From Chrysemys picta bellii (taxonomy: Eukaryota): DNA of 64,000 bases. How positions within the stretch are numbered: the first letter of the stretch is position 1; each line of letters begins with the position of its first letter. The notes under the pieces were generated by a model. That model was not told where the DNA came from. It saw only the letters and a list, made by a program, of their open reading frames with translations, and ran no database searches. Positions 63,261 through 64,000 of this stretch are shown here, piece by piece. Position numbers and translations under genes: made by a program. The stretch lies in contig NC_088793.1 of assembly GCF_011386835.1 (NCBI RefSeq), positions 93,310,001 through 93,374,000 of the forward strand, in the 5' to 3' direction.

Positions 63261-64000
63261 ATTTTAAGTTAAATAAAATCACTTTATACAAGGAGTTCAG
63301 GACCCCTATAATGCTGTCAGAGTGGTGTCTCTTGAGTACTTGGGCCATTAGCATCTCTGAGCTTAACTTTGCAGTCCTAACAGGTCAAAGTACTCATACT
63401 GCACCAATCTGAAAGCATTTATAGGTACTCTGAACTCCCTTTATAAAGCTATAGAATTCAACCAGCCAGATAACTGGAGGTATTGTGTGAATGATCAGAC
63501 TAGGAATGCAGTATTTTTTTCATAAATCATAGCATATTCAAGCTGCATTCCCTACAGGATACCGTATGATTCAGAGCTAAAAGCTCTAATGTACATTTGA
63601 TCAATTTTAGTTTTGTCACTTGGGGGAAAATCTGTCAAACTCCCATTAAACTAAGTTTCTCTTTACTCTAAAGTACAAAAAGTAACACTTCAAACAATAA
63701 AAGGATCAGGCAAAGTAAGCTTCTCAACATAACTGAAAATGTTAGTAAAGCAGTCTTGAGTTCAGGTAATTGCAATGGGTCAGAACAACAAATATAGCTG
63801 ATTTCTGCCTGTCAAAAAAAAAAAAAGACTTTCACTTAAGCAGACAATAAAAAACCAACAACAAGATAGACACACACATGAAACCCAAACCCAGTTTTCT
63901 TAACACATTCCTAAATAGAAGGATTATACAGACTAATTTGTAAAAGTGCAAATTGTACTCTAGTGCATTGGTATTACTGATTTGTCTAATCACAAAACTG

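Noticed and set aside
1-64000. CRISPR arrays, rRNA or prokaryote-type systems
   Set aside because: No regularly spaced repeat-spacer structure or rRNA-like sequence; the window is vertebrate repeat-rich DNA

Overview
AT-rich vertebrate genomic DNA, almost certainly turtle, judged from tRNA-derived Pol III SINEs with CR1 tails and turtle-type CR1, Penelope and Harbinger ends. I recognise no host protein-coding exon; most ORFs in the track are chance ORFs or transposon remnants. The window is a dense, nested record of mobile elements: two near full-length two-gene Harbinger transposons (Myb/SANT gene on +, DDE transposase on -; 14533-18588 and ~24717-28803), many Harbinger and hAT MITEs with TIRs/TSDs, an internally deleted DIRS element that keeps its ITRs and ICR (30581-33360), an I-group (Vingi-like) LINE endonuclease remnant, CR1/L2/MIR fragments, two LF-SINEs and several solo LTRs. 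The best leads are (1) minimal hammerhead-ribozyme motifs in three Penelope-type fragments, the best preserved being a 93-bp insert with 11-bp flanking duplications inside a Harbinger; (2) a Harbinger Myb/SANT gene that can be spliced into an open 309-aa frame downstream of an LTR TATA box while its transposase is dead; (3) a hAT MITE carrying two convergent tRNA-like Pol III heads. None is demonstrated to be a new biological system. Family names come from my recall of motifs, not from database searches.
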